IMG/VR virus record: IMGVR_UViG_3300032223_002826
Coordinates: 1 to 53,581 of that record
Origin: a virus
Taxonomy: Duplodnaviria > Caudoviricetes
Reading direction: 5' to 3' (one strand)
Length of the DNA: 53,581 bases
This document shows, in pieces, positions 10,779-19,730 of this stretch (position 1 is the stretch's first letter; each line of letters opens with the position of its first letter). A program made the translations under genes and the position numbers. A model generated the notes under the pieces. The model did no database searches. It saw only the letters and a list, made by a program, of their open reading frames with translations, and had not been told where the DNA came from.

Positions 10779-10811
10779 GCAGCCGAGGGTATCGTATGTG
10801 ACCCTCGGCTG
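10779..10811 (-). terminator. stable stem-loop after the tail tube gene
   Basis: GCAGCCGAGGGT...ACCCTCGGCTGC 12-bp inverted repeat; no U-tract. Confidence 0.45.
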
Positions 10812-10827
10812 CTTACTCCCTTTTAGT

Positions 10828-11865
10828 TTACCAGTTCCAAGAAGTGCCAGTACCAGCGGTACCAACCTTCTCGTTTGTCGTGAGCACCGCGTCAAATGCA
10901 TTCAGCGAAAGATCAGGTCGGGTGACCGTGAACTCAAGCGACTGCGACAGGTGATCAGCGGCATTCAATGGCATGCTTGACGAGTTGATTCGAGCGTAAG
11001 GAATCGTAATCGTCAGGTTATGCTTTGCACCGCTCGTACCAGCAAGATAGCCACCGTCAAGAACGATAACAACCTTGACAGCCTGCTCATTGAGCAAGCG
11101 ATCAACGATTGGCGTAACGGACTCAGCAGCGGTATTGAAGTCAAGCGTAAGAGCCAACTTCACATCGCGCATACCAGCAGTCATGCGCTTGTAAGCGCGT
11201 GTCTGGCGGAGTGTTCCGATTCGCTCAAAGTTGTTGTTAACCGAGAACGAGAAGTCCTTGACCGTAAGAAGGTCAGAGACAGACGAACCAGCATCACCAA
11301 TCTGAACCTTAGCGCCGCTGAAGTGGAACGGGATAAGACCGTTCGCTGCAGTGCTAAAGGACTTGGTAAGACCAGTCTGAACGCTCTTCTTCTGTCGCGC
11401 AAGACCTTCAAGACCAACGGTTGCCATGACGATTTCGCCGTATGCACCCTTGATATCAAGCGTATTCGCTCGAACACCAAGATACTGCATCAAGAGAACA
11501 TCGTTAGCAGCCGATGACTCAAATGAAAGAGTCGCAAGCGTAGTAGGCTCAGTCGTAGGGGTAAAGGTGTAGGTGTAAGCACCCGAACCAAATGCCGCTG
11601 CAACATCAGCATGGAACGCCGACTTGAGGAGGTAGGCGATCGAGTTGGGAATCAACTCGAGGTCTACAGAGCCAGATACGGCATACGGAGCGGCAAGCGA
11701 AATGCCGGGATCGCGAACACCACGAATCTGGTTAGGAACAGTATAATCGTTGGTCTCGTCGAATGCAAACGAAGAAGCAGGGAGGAACTTGTCGATTGAC
11801 GACGCAAGCGTCCCCTCAGTGGCTTCCACGCCGTATGCAACATAACCAAGTGCGCCAAGGCTCAT
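10828..11865 (-). CDS. major tail tube protein
   Basis: 345 aa; N-terminal GYVAYGVEATEG and FSFSVNNN motifs; position. Confidence 0.85.
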   Translation of the reverse strand: MSLGALGYVAYGVEATEGTLASSIDKFLPASSFAFDETNDYTVPNQIRGVRDPGISLAAPYAVSGSVDLELIPNSIAYLLKSAFHADVAAAFGSGAYTYTFTPTTEPTTLATLSFESSAANDVLLMQYLGVRANTLDIKGAYGEIVMATVGLEGLARQKKSVQTGLTKSFSTAANGLIPFHFSGAKVQIGDAGSSVSDLLTVKDFSFSVNNNFERIGTLRQTRAYKRMTAGMRDVKLALTLDFNTAAESVTPIVDRLLNEQAVKVVIVLDGGYLAGTSGAKHNLTITIPYARINSSSMPLNAADHLSQSLEFTVTRPDLSLNAFDAVLTTNEKVGTAGTGTSWNW

Positions 11866-11885
11866 ATTACTTGGTACTCCTTACC

Positions 11886-12368
11886 CTATGCAACTCGGCT
11901 GTATTGTTTATTTACAGCCAGAGTAATGCGCGCGGACTTAGCAATAACTGAGCCGCGTACTTGAACCATGTAGTCGGTCTCAGAGACCACTACCTCACGA
12001 ACGCCAGAGAGACCTCCGAGCGTCCTGTTATGCGTCTGTCGCAGATACGACCGCAACGCTTGCATAACTGTTACCATCTTTCGATCGCCAGAAGCCTCAT
12101 CGACTCCAGCGTCAAAATATTCCCTTGAGTCAACGAGCAAGGTGATTTGGACCTCATGGTCTCGAATCTCATAGCCCGTATTCTCGCTTACTGGTGTATC
12201 CCTCACGGGGTCAACAGTAATGCAAGGATACAACTGCGCTGGAATGACACCGGGATCGCCAAAGTAGATCGCTTCTACCTTGAGCACATCCGAGCATCCA
12301 CCATTTGCAGCAGTCGTAGTAGTAAAAGTACTGAGGATTGCGATAATCTTGTCGATTACTTGCTCCAT
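11886..12368 (-). CDS. tail terminator / completion protein
   Basis: 160 aa directly upstream of tail tube; YPCITV motif. Confidence 0.65.
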   Translation of the reverse strand: MEQVIDKIIAILSTFTTTTAANGGCSDVLKVEAIYFGDPGVIPAQLYPCITVDPVRDTPVSENTGYEIRDHEVQITLLVDSREYFDAGVDEASGDRKMVTVMQALRSYLRQTHNRTLGGLSGVREVVVSETDYMVQVRGSVIAKSARITLAVNKQYSRVA

Positions 12369-12910
12369 TAGAACCTCAATACATCTTTAGAGACCCAGTC
12401 AAGTAGCCCATCTGCCGCAGCAAAGGCAACCGTTCGGTCAGAATACCAGAATGGTCGCTTTGGGCTATCCTTGGATCCATCATTGTGAACGAACTTCCAA
12501 CCTCGACCATGGAATGTAATCCATCCCTTGTCGCCAGTTGACTTGAACTCTGCGGCAACCTCAACAGGAAGACCGCGATAGTTATCGGTCTTGCTGACAT
12601 GGTACGGTCCATTGATCTTTAGCATCGATTCGATTGCTACAGACTTCAAATGCCCGCTTCGCTCAAGGATTGGAGAGGTTCCAGCAAAGCCAAGAGATTC
12701 TCGACTTCGAATAGTGCTCTCTGCAAGTGGATCCCAAGCCTTATACTTATGACCCTCAGACTCAAAGTTCTCTAGATACTTCTCGCCAGCCTTACGAGTA
12801 GACTTGACAAGACCTTTGTTGATATCCGACCGAAGTCTCTTGTGGATGAGGTTAATCGTTTCCTCAGCCCGCTTGGAATCAACAGTAACAGTAATCGTTG
12901 CGTACGCCAT
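12368..12910 (-). CDS. virion morphogenesis / tail completion protein (HK97 gp10 / Mu gpG-like)
   Basis: FESEG..WDPLAESTI..PILERSGHL and C-terminal PKRPFW motifs. Confidence 0.75.
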   Translation of the reverse strand: MAYATITVTVDSKRAEETINLIHKRLRSDINKGLVKSTRKAGEKYLENFESEGHKYKAWDPLAESTIRSRESLGFAGTSPILERSGHLKSVAIESMLKINGPYHVSKTDNYRGLPVEVAAEFKSTGDKGWITFHGRGWKFVHNDGSKDSPKRPFWYSDRTVAFAAADGLLDWVSKDVLRF

Positions 12911-13464
12911 TAGCCAATCCTACGGCGGCGATACGACTCCAGAAGTTCACCGATCTGCTGAGAAGTCAGTGTAACCAACTCAGGAGCATCGTTTGATGGA
13001 CCAGCATATGCTGGCTGCAGAAGTTCAGTGACCCAGAGTGCGGTAGCGTGCTGAACTGGACCGGGAATGGTATCATATCCAGCGCTGTAGGTGATGTAGT
13101 AGATACGACCCTGAAGGAATGGAGCAGGGAATCGCGTCAACTTCCACTCAATGATACCGCCGGGAAGGATACGAAAATCTGATGGATCATGCGTTCCAGT
13201 CTGACCAGTATCATCAGTCCAACTAATGCTTGTTAGTGAGATAACTGGATATTGCTCAAGGACTAATCGTCGCATGGTCTTCGTGTAATGCGGCTCATTA
13301 GTAATCGTATTAACATCAAACTGGCGATCGCAATACTTTCGAACCTGCTCAGAGGCAGTTGCAATAAAGTTATTGAGCGCAGTGTCGCTCAACTTCTCAA
13401 GCGTAGAAGTCTTGATGCCAAGTGGAAGGCTCTTGAAGTAGTCAAGCGTAATAAGATTACTCAT
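12910..13464 (-). CDS. head-tail adaptor (gp6/gp15-like)
   Basis: ASEQVRKYCDR, ITYSAGY..IP..VQHA and C-terminal LLESYRRRR motifs. Confidence 0.85.
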   Translation of the reverse strand: MSNLITLDYFKSLPLGIKTSTLEKLSDTALNNFIATASEQVRKYCDRQFDVNTITNEPHYTKTMRRLVLEQYPVISLTSISWTDDTGQTGTHDPSDFRILPGGIIEWKLTRFPAPFLQGRIYYITYSAGYDTIPGPVQHATALWVTELLQPAYAGPSNDAPELVTLTSQQIGELLESYRRRRIG

Positions 13465-13745
13465 GTTCTAGGCTTTGTCCTCTTTCGTCCCTTCACAATC
13501 AGGAGACCACGACGACCGCCCAGTGAGCGTGCCGTCTTAGCCTTGAGCCCGATTTTTGCTCGGCTTGTTTTAATACGAATAAGAAGTTTCGAAATGCTAC
13601 CATACTTGCGTTTTAGTCGCTGGCGTCCCTTGATCTGAAACCGCTTTTGCGATCGAGTAAGGCGCTTGACTACACCACCAACTGGGGCAAATCCACGCTT
13701 TAGTCGGCTACGGAGCGTACGGTTTGGCGTCCTCAATAGCGTCAC
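13461..13745 (-). CDS. small extremely basic protein (about 33 K/R of 94 aa, no D/E)
   Basis: GTG start 7 nt after AGGAG; fills the gap between the glycosyltransferase and the adaptor; stop overlaps the next ATG. Confidence 0.6.
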   Translation of the reverse strand: MTLLRTPNRTLRSRLKRGFAPVGGVVKRLTRSQKRFQIKGRQRLKRKYGSISKLLIRIKTSRAKIGLKAKTARSLGGRRGLLIVKGRKRTKPRT

Positions 13746-14880
13746 AAATCTTCTCCTGAAAGTCGCTCCAGTTCAACTCTGCTGCGCGCTTCAAGCCTGC
13801 TTCTCGCATGCGCTTGAGACGCTTAGGGTCTCGCTTAAGCGAAATAATCGTCTTCGCAATATCGAGCGGAGAAACATTTGCATATCGCGTTCCGCTCTTG
13901 TGAATCTCCCAGTCAGCGACTGGAATGCCAGCACCCTCAGCGCCGCGAGCAACTTCCCATCCAGCAGCATACTTAGTCACTGCAACGGGTGTGCCGCATG
14001 CCATCGCCTCGGCGATTGGCAGCCCAAATCCTTCTACCTGACTTGGCAGTACGAATAGGTCTGCAGCCCTGTAGAGATCTGGAAGCGTTGGCTTATCGCC
14101 ATCGCTTCGCTCTGGGATTCCGTCTCCGAAGTTCTCCATCTCAGGGTTGAACATAATCATATCCTCAACGCCAAGAGATCGAGCAACCTGCGGAAGGTGC
14201 CAGCCCTCAAGCCAGAACCTCTGGAACGGAACGGTGTGGTCGTAAAGTAGAATATCTTTTTGTTTGTAGACATCTCGCAAGATTCCCATAGCCTCAAAAA
14301 GGCGTGGGTGCTGCTTGCGTCTAACATTGGCAGCAACAGTGATTACAACAAACTTGTCGCTCCAGCCAAGGTTCTTTCTCACTTCATCCCTGCGCGTATC
14401 GTCTGGGCGGAATACATCAGTATCCACTCCATGGTAAGCCCAGTCAACTTCTTTGTTAAGCGACTGACGAACTACCTTTGCCCCGTACTCGCTGCAGGTA
14501 ATGAACTGAATCGTTGATAGGAGTGACCGCCACTCTTGAAGTGCAATCGGCTCGCCCTCAATCACGCAATATGCCGTAAACGGAATGCGTGCTGGAATAA
14601 CCATCGAGAGAGCAGATAGAGATCCCGGCTCTCCAGCCGAGAAGATGCGATCAGGCTTGAAATCCTCAATCGCTTCTGGTATTGTTGCCAGACCGATTGG
14701 GTCGTTACTTTTTGGTGCGTACTGTTTTACGGGCAGGTCGGTCTTCACTGGCGCTGTCTGCAGCCCCGTCACCGTTGCCACTTCCCAGCCCTTGCTCAGG
14801 AAGGCTTCCATCGCCATCCTGTGCACTCGACCGAACCCCGTCTTCGAGAATGGGCTGTCGCCCAGAATCAGTACTTTCAC
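13708..14880 (-). CDS. GT-B glycosyltransferase, family GT4-like
   Basis: VKVLILGDSP..TGFGRV, HGVD..F.P, RRKQ, ADLFVLPSQVEGFGLPIAEAMACGTPV; GTG start with AGGAG RBS. Confidence 0.92.
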   Translation of the reverse strand: MKVLILGDSPFSKTGFGRVHRMAMEAFLSKGWEVATVTGLQTAPVKTDLPVKQYAPKSNDPIGLATIPEAIEDFKPDRIFSAGEPGSLSALSMVIPARIPFTAYCVIEGEPIALQEWRSLLSTIQFITCSEYGAKVVRQSLNKEVDWAYHGVDTDVFRPDDTRRDEVRKNLGWSDKFVVITVAANVRRKQHPRLFEAMGILRDVYKQKDILLYDHTVPFQRFWLEGWHLPQVARSLGVEDMIMFNPEMENFGDGIPERSDGDKPTLPDLYRAADLFVLPSQVEGFGLPIAEAMACGTPVAVTKYAAGWEVARGAEGAGIPVADWEIHKSGTRYANVSPLDIAKTIISLKRDPKRLKRMREAGLKRAAELNWSDFQEKICDAIEDAKPYAP

Positions 14881-15112
14881 TCTTGACTCCTGCGCTCTTG
14901 GCACTCTGAGGATCTAAAGCCTCGATCCAAACATTTGGATCAACTTCAGCCCCGGTATCTGCGTCTAGACGATAGCCCTTATGGTATGCATTTAGGCACC
15001 ACTCTGGTCGATCGTCTGGGATCTCAACAACTCCATCTACTACGGGAACTTCCCCATCGTAGAAGTAAAGCGCTAGATCTACCTTGTACAACATGTGCTT
15101 TAACTTTGCCAT
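14705..15112 (-). CDS. hypothetical head-associated protein with disordered C-terminus overlapping the glycosyltransferase gene
   Basis: AAAGGAG RBS; directly after the capsid gene. Confidence 0.7.
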   Translation of the reverse strand: MAKLKHMLYKVDLALYFYDGEVPVVDGVVEIPDDRPEWCLNAYHKGYRLDADTGAEVDPNVWIEALDPQSAKSAGVKSESTDSGRQPILEDGVRSSAQDGDGSLPEQGLGSGNGDGAADSASEDRPARKTVRTKK

Positions 15113-15135
15113 CAGGTGGCTCCTTTCGCTGCGCT

Positions 15136-15161
15136 GGGCTGGGAGCCGAAGCCCCCAGCCC
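15136..15161 (-). terminator. UUCG-capped RNA hairpin after the capsid gene
   Basis: minus strand GGGCTGGGGGC-TTCG-GCTCCCAGCCC; no U-tract, so possibly a stabiliser. Confidence 0.5.
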
Positions 15162-15205
15162 GTAGCAACAACCTATCCTAGCACGCTAGGCTAGGTTTGA
15201 CCAAA

Positions 15206-16081
15206 TCACGAGACGGCGGTGAAGCCAGTCAGGACCGTTGGACGACCTTCGAGCGCGAACCCGAAGTAGCCCTTGATCATGAAGTCCGTGGAGTCCTTGG
15301 TCTTTGCCAGTTCCTCATAGGTGAAGTCCTGGTGAACAAGGAGTTTCGCATCCGAGCGGCGGACAAAGGCAATCTTGTCCGACTTCTCGTCATGCAGATC
15401 CGTAACGATCGGAATACCATCATAGGTCATGACGCGGAAGCCAGCGGCAATCTCAGTCTGATCCATGAAGCGCTGTTGCGCAACAAGGAGCGAGTTGATC
15501 TTGCGCTTGACAGCGCGACCAGCCACGATGAGGTCAACCTGACCAAGGGAAGCGTCGATCGCTGAATCGATCGCGGCGAGGGTGAGTGCACCGCTCGTCG
15601 TAACCGTCGAAGCGGCGTTGGCGCCGTCCGCATCAGTAACCTGCTGGTAGATACCCTTGATGCCATTGCCCGTGCCGTCGCCAGTGGCGAGGTCGGTTGA
15701 CAACTTCTCGGCAAGAACGCGGCTGTGAGCCTCGATCTCGAGCGCGAGCGCATCGATAAGCGAGCCAGCGGCGCGCTGAAGGGGACCAGTCACCTCACCA
15801 CGGGTGTACAGGTAAGCAACAGGAACAGCAACGCGGACATGCGTCGTGTTCGTTGCCGACGGAAGCGAGCCGCCGTCGGTCGCCCACGAAGCGGTTGGGT
15901 TAGCCGTGCGCTTGCGGACGAAATAGGTGTTCGTCGCCCAAGGCATCTTGGTGACGGCATTATAAAGAACAGGCTCCTTCGACACATAGTCGCGGATAGC
16001 CTCATCGATCACCAGAGGGATCAGATAAGCGCTAGAACCAGCGGCAATGTCGAGCGCCTTGCGAACGCTAGTGACATCCAT
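15206..16081 (-). CDS. major capsid protein (HK97 fold, no delta domain)
   Basis: 291 aa downstream of protease/scaffold; AYLIPLVID, GDGTG..IKGI, TYDGIPIV motifs; strong codon bias. Confidence 0.9.
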   Translation of the reverse strand: MDVTSVRKALDIAAGSSAYLIPLVIDEAIRDYVSKEPVLYNAVTKMPWATNTYFVRKRTANPTASWATDGGSLPSATNTTHVRVAVPVAYLYTRGEVTGPLQRAAGSLIDALALEIEAHSRVLAEKLSTDLATGDGTGNGIKGIYQQVTDADGANAASTVTTSGALTLAAIDSAIDASLGQVDLIVAGRAVKRKINSLLVAQQRFMDQTEIAAGFRVMTYDGIPIVTDLHDEKSDKIAFVRRSDAKLLVHQDFTYEELAKTKDSTDFMIKGYFGFALEGRPTVLTGFTAVS

Positions 16082-16105
16082 TTGGGTTATTTCCTTCTTT
16101 TATCG

Positions 16106-18433
16106 CTACTTGCGGTGAGCAAGAGCAAGACCCAGTCGCAAACGCTCAGAAGGCGAAATGCTGGCAAGATTTGCCATCACATCGTCCTGAGTCGTCTCAC
16201 CACGCTCAATGAGAGGCGGGGCTGAAACGGCAGGGCTATTTTCCAGTTCCACAATGCGAGCGGATGCCTCAGCAAGAGCACGCTTGAGTTCCTCAGTTTC
16301 GTCGACAACGGTTTCCTTCTCAGGTTCGATGGCGACTTCCTCAAGGTTAGACTCATCGGCGTTAGAGACCGACTTCGCAGTTTCATCTTCAACCTCTTCG
16401 CTAAGGAGACCAAACTCCTTTAGCGCAGCGGTCATTTCTTCGTGGAGGGCAAGGAGACGAGAGGCGGTCTCGGCGCTAATCTTGCGCCCAACCTTCTCTA
16501 CATCAGCCTCAACCTCAACTTCTGGGACAACTACCTCGGCACCGCACTCACCGCATTCGCAGGGAGTTTCATGCTCTGGATTGCTATCCTTTTCAACTTC
16601 GCCCTCAGAAACGACAGCCTCCTCAAGAGGTGCCTCTGCTGGCTCAGATGTTTCAATAACAGGAGCCTCAGGCTCGGCGACAACAGCCTCAGCCTCAGGA
16701 GCAACAACGGTCTCAACCTCTTCGGCTGGAACATCGTCGATCGCCTTGTGCAGAACCGTTCCGAAGGAAGGGGTCCACGCAGGTCGAGTGGTGTTGCTAA
16801 TCTCGTTCAAGGTCACATCGTAATAGGTACGAATGTTCTTGCCAAGATCTGGCATGAACTCATCCTTATACGATCGGACTGCTCCAGCAACGGACATGCC
16901 AAACTGCTTGCCCTTCTGGAGTTGAGCGAACAAATACATTGCTGCAGGATTCGCCTCATCAAGTTTGACCTCGACACCGAGGTGCATCTTATCGGTAATC
17001 CATGCACGGACGATCGAGCCAAGATCACGAAGAACGCCATCTTGAGCATGCGCATCGCGATATGGAAGAGGATTGGTCAATGCATTCTGGCTGATCTGCT
17101 CAGCGAATCGCTGAATAGCATCAGGAGCCATACGCTCATCAGTTGCATCAATCTCTGGACCAGAAGCCTCGCCAAGGATGTAGAATCCGTCAGCGCGCTG
17201 CTCAGCCTTCGAGATAGGGAAAGTAATCTTCCAAGGAGCATTGACGCTCTTAGCAATGCTTTTCATAGACATATCCTCTGGAGTGTTGACATTAGGATCT
17301 TCAACATCCTCCACAACTTCTACGCCAGAGGCGCGAAGTTGCCAAGTCCACTTCTGAAGCATTTCTGCTCGACCAGCAAGGAAGTTTGCAATGCCCTGCT
17401 CATTAGCAGCGCTTGCAACATTGAACATGCGGGTGGTCTCGGCGAGGAGAACATTCAATCGATTGAGGAGGTCCTCAGTCATAAGGTCAGGGTCATCCTG
17501 AACGCCAGTCTCATCTGCGGAAACAAGCCCAGCATCACCAATAGATCGAAGGGCAACAAAGTCTCCAAGACGGAATGGAGCGTCAACAGATAACTTCAAT
17601 AGGCTCTCGGCAATAGGGTCAACTGATTCATAAAGGTCGCTATAGATCTCGCCGAACAGTTCATGATACTGCGAGAAAAGTTCGCCTTTTGCATTCCAGT
17701 GATAGCCATGAGCAGTAAAGTACACGGTAACGGTATCGGACAAAAGTGCCTTGAGCCCATCAACAAGTTCAGGGGTCGCAGTCTTCTGCACTGATTCGCT
17801 CTTTGCGAGATCAGATTCGCTAATAATCCACAACTTACAAACCGCCTCTCCGGGGATTACCCCAGCAACGATCTCGCACTGACCGCCGTTTGCTGCGTCC
17901 CAAAAGACACAGTTCTTGCACATCAGTCCGGCATCCTTGAAGGGGTTCTTATCAGGCGGCGCATAGTGAGCACCGTTAGCCCCCTCTGTTTGGTCAAACT
18001 TACCGAACTCCGATGCAATCTGCTTGTAAGCAGCATACATCGCTTTCTGGCGCTCGTTCAGCATTACGCCCTCACCAAGATCTTTCTTGGTTGAGCCGCT
18101 GGCGACACGCTCAGCCCACGCTCGAGCACGGGCATTATCTGTCTTTGAGCCACCGCCCCAAAGGGCTGCAGCAACAACTCCGGGAGATGGATAGTCAGGA
18201 TGCCCACGCTTTGCAGCAGGAGCACTCATGTCAGGCTCATGGCGAGCAAACCATGCTGCCATACGCTTTGCCTTCTCTCGGCTGATTTTCTTGGACTGAA
18301 CAATGCGCTTCGCTTCAGCAACAGTCTTAGGCTTTAGCCCACTACCAGCCTTGCCCTGCGCATACCAGTTCAAACCATCATTCATGTTGGTAACAAGCCA
18401 ATCGGCTGCGGAAACGAGATCAGATTCAGCCAT
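16106..18433 (-). CDS. capsid maturation polyprotein: N-terminal domain + HiPIP-like CxxC-x10-C-x12-C + Dps/ferritin-like + prohead protease + acidic scaffold
   Basis: between portal and capsid genes; Dps signature HGYHWNAKG..F...HELF.E.Y...VD.IAE (aa 242-276); protease H462, GMSVAG, EIS..RPA; Glu-rich C-terminus. Confidence 0.88.
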   Translation of the reverse strand: MAESDLVSAADWLVTNMNDGLNWYAQGKAGSGLKPKTVAEAKRIVQSKKISREKAKRMAAWFARHEPDMSAPAAKRGHPDYPSPGVVAAALWGGGSKTDNARARAWAERVASGSTKKDLGEGVMLNERQKAMYAAYKQIASEFGKFDQTEGANGAHYAPPDKNPFKDAGLMCKNCVFWDAANGGQCEIVAGVIPGEAVCKLWIISESDLAKSESVQKTATPELVDGLKALLSDTVTVYFTAHGYHWNAKGELFSQYHELFGEIYSDLYESVDPIAESLLKLSVDAPFRLGDFVALRSIGDAGLVSADETGVQDDPDLMTEDLLNRLNVLLAETTRMFNVASAANEQGIANFLAGRAEMLQKWTWQLRASGVEVVEDVEDPNVNTPEDMSMKSIAKSVNAPWKITFPISKAEQRADGFYILGEASGPEIDATDERMAPDAIQRFAEQISQNALTNPLPYRDAHAQDGVLRDLGSIVRAWITDKMHLGVEVKLDEANPAAMYLFAQLQKGKQFGMSVAGAVRSYKDEFMPDLGKNIRTYYDVTLNEISNTTRPAWTPSFGTVLHKAIDDVPAEEVETVVAPEAEAVVAEPEAPVIETSEPAEAPLEEAVVSEGEVEKDSNPEHETPCECGECGAEVVVPEVEVEADVEKVGRKISAETASRLLALHEEMTAALKEFGLLSEEVEDETAKSVSNADESNLEEVAIEPEKETVVDETEELKRALAEASARIVELENSPAVSAPPLIERGETTQDDVMANLASISPSERLRLGLALAHRK

Positions 18434-19730
18434 TTTGCTTTGTCCCCAAACCAGTAATCAACGAAGAAGCCGAAGCATTCCCGTCAACAATCTTTTGACC
18501 AAGCGCTTCAATCAACTTGAGCGGAATCATTCCCGCCGCAGTCTGAACGAAGTGAATGTCTCCACCTTCGACATGCCCAAGACCAAGATCAGATCGAATG
18601 TCGTCAGCATTGAGAACACCCATCTTCTGAAGTTCAGTCAAGAACTTAGTATTTTCCATCTGGTCGCGTCGGCTAATCTCGCGATGAGCAAATACGACAT
18701 CATCCCAGCCAATCATGCGAAGAATCAACTTATTATTGATCTCTTCCTCAACGATGCTTTGAAGCGGAAGGATAGTTTCCTGACGGAATGAGTTATCCGA
18801 TTCCTTGCTGGTTGATCGGTTAGAGTTCTCTAGGAACCCAACCTTATCGGGTGGAATATCAAGAACAGAAAGGATCTCGTCTCGGTTAAACTTGCGACCT
18901 TCGACAAACTGCATTTCCTGAGGCGTAGAGACAGCCTTGGAAACCGTAATGTCACCTTCAAGAAGAAGAGGTCGGTGAGCATTAGCAGACCCGACATAGT
19001 TAGCCTCAAGCCACTCACGGTTTCTGAAAATCTCATCAACGCTGGCATTCTTCATGTTGAAGATGATGCCCGTCTGAGCGCTATTCTCGAAGAAGGAGCC
19101 ATTATATTCCTGAGCATATAGATCGCTTGCGACCGTTGTCTGAAGAGAATGAAGAAGACTTAGACCGTAGATATCGCTCTCAGGGTCATCCAACTTGAAA
19201 TCGCAGATATCCTCGATAGCATAGGTAATCGTTCCCGGCTCGCCATTGGCTCCGTACTTATAGGAGACAAGAACGCCATCCTTGACAACTTTTTCAATAT
19301 ACTTTGGATTCAGACGAAGGGACTCAATAGGCTTGCCAGACTTTGTCTTGCGAACAAGCCAGAATGCCTGACCGTAGATTACAAGATCCTTATATGTCAA
19401 TCGAAGCAACTGAAGACCATCGCTTTCGCGGAATAGTCGCTGCAGTTCCTTGATCTTGTCAGGACTGGTTGGATTCTCTGGATCAAGCGACTTGAACAAG
19501 AACCCGTTGGCGGTGGCAACCTTTGCAATCTTTTCGGTCGCAGCACGAACGACTGGGTGCGTGCTATACATTCGATAGTAAATATCGAGCAGACCGCGAC
19601 GAGCGTTAGTAACAAGAGTAGTATCCGTTCGATTGCCAAGTAGGGCAAATCGAGTTGCTACGCCGGGTGCTGATACTGAGACATCTGACTTCTTCATCTG
19701 TGGCTCTGTGACCTTCTTACGAGACGCCAT
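18426..19730 (-). CDS. portal protein (HK97-family)
   Basis: DLVIYGQAF, YGLSLL, YNGSFFENSAQTG, ILPLQSIVEEEIN, LNADDIRSDLGL. Confidence 0.95.
   Translation of the reverse strand: MASRKKVTEPQMKKSDVSVSAPGVATRFALLGNRTDTTLVTNARRGLLDIYYRMYSTHPVVRAATEKIAKVATANGFLFKSLDPENPTSPDKIKELQRLFRESDGLQLLRLTYKDLVIYGQAFWLVRKTKSGKPIESLRLNPKYIEKVVKDGVLVSYKYGANGEPGTITYAIEDICDFKLDDPESDIYGLSLLHSLQTTVASDLYAQEYNGSFFENSAQTGIIFNMKNASVDEIFRNREWLEANYVGSANAHRPLLLEGDITVSKAVSTPQEMQFVEGRKFNRDEILSVLDIPPDKVGFLENSNRSTSKESDNSFRQETILPLQSIVEEEINNKLILRMIGWDDVVFAHREISRRDQMENTKFLTELQKMGVLNADDIRSDLGLGHVEGGDIHFVQTAAGMIPLKLIEALGQKIVDGNASASSLITGLGTKQNG

Noticed and set aside
16442-17593. 383-aa plus-strand ORF and similar long antisense ORFs (16209, 25580, 8330)
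   Set aside because: Shadows of codon-biased minus-strand genes; no RBS or recognisable motifs
15206-18433. Cellular encapsulin operon
   Set aside because: Terminase, portal, tail and tape measure genes show this is a true phage head module; encapsulin is only an analogy
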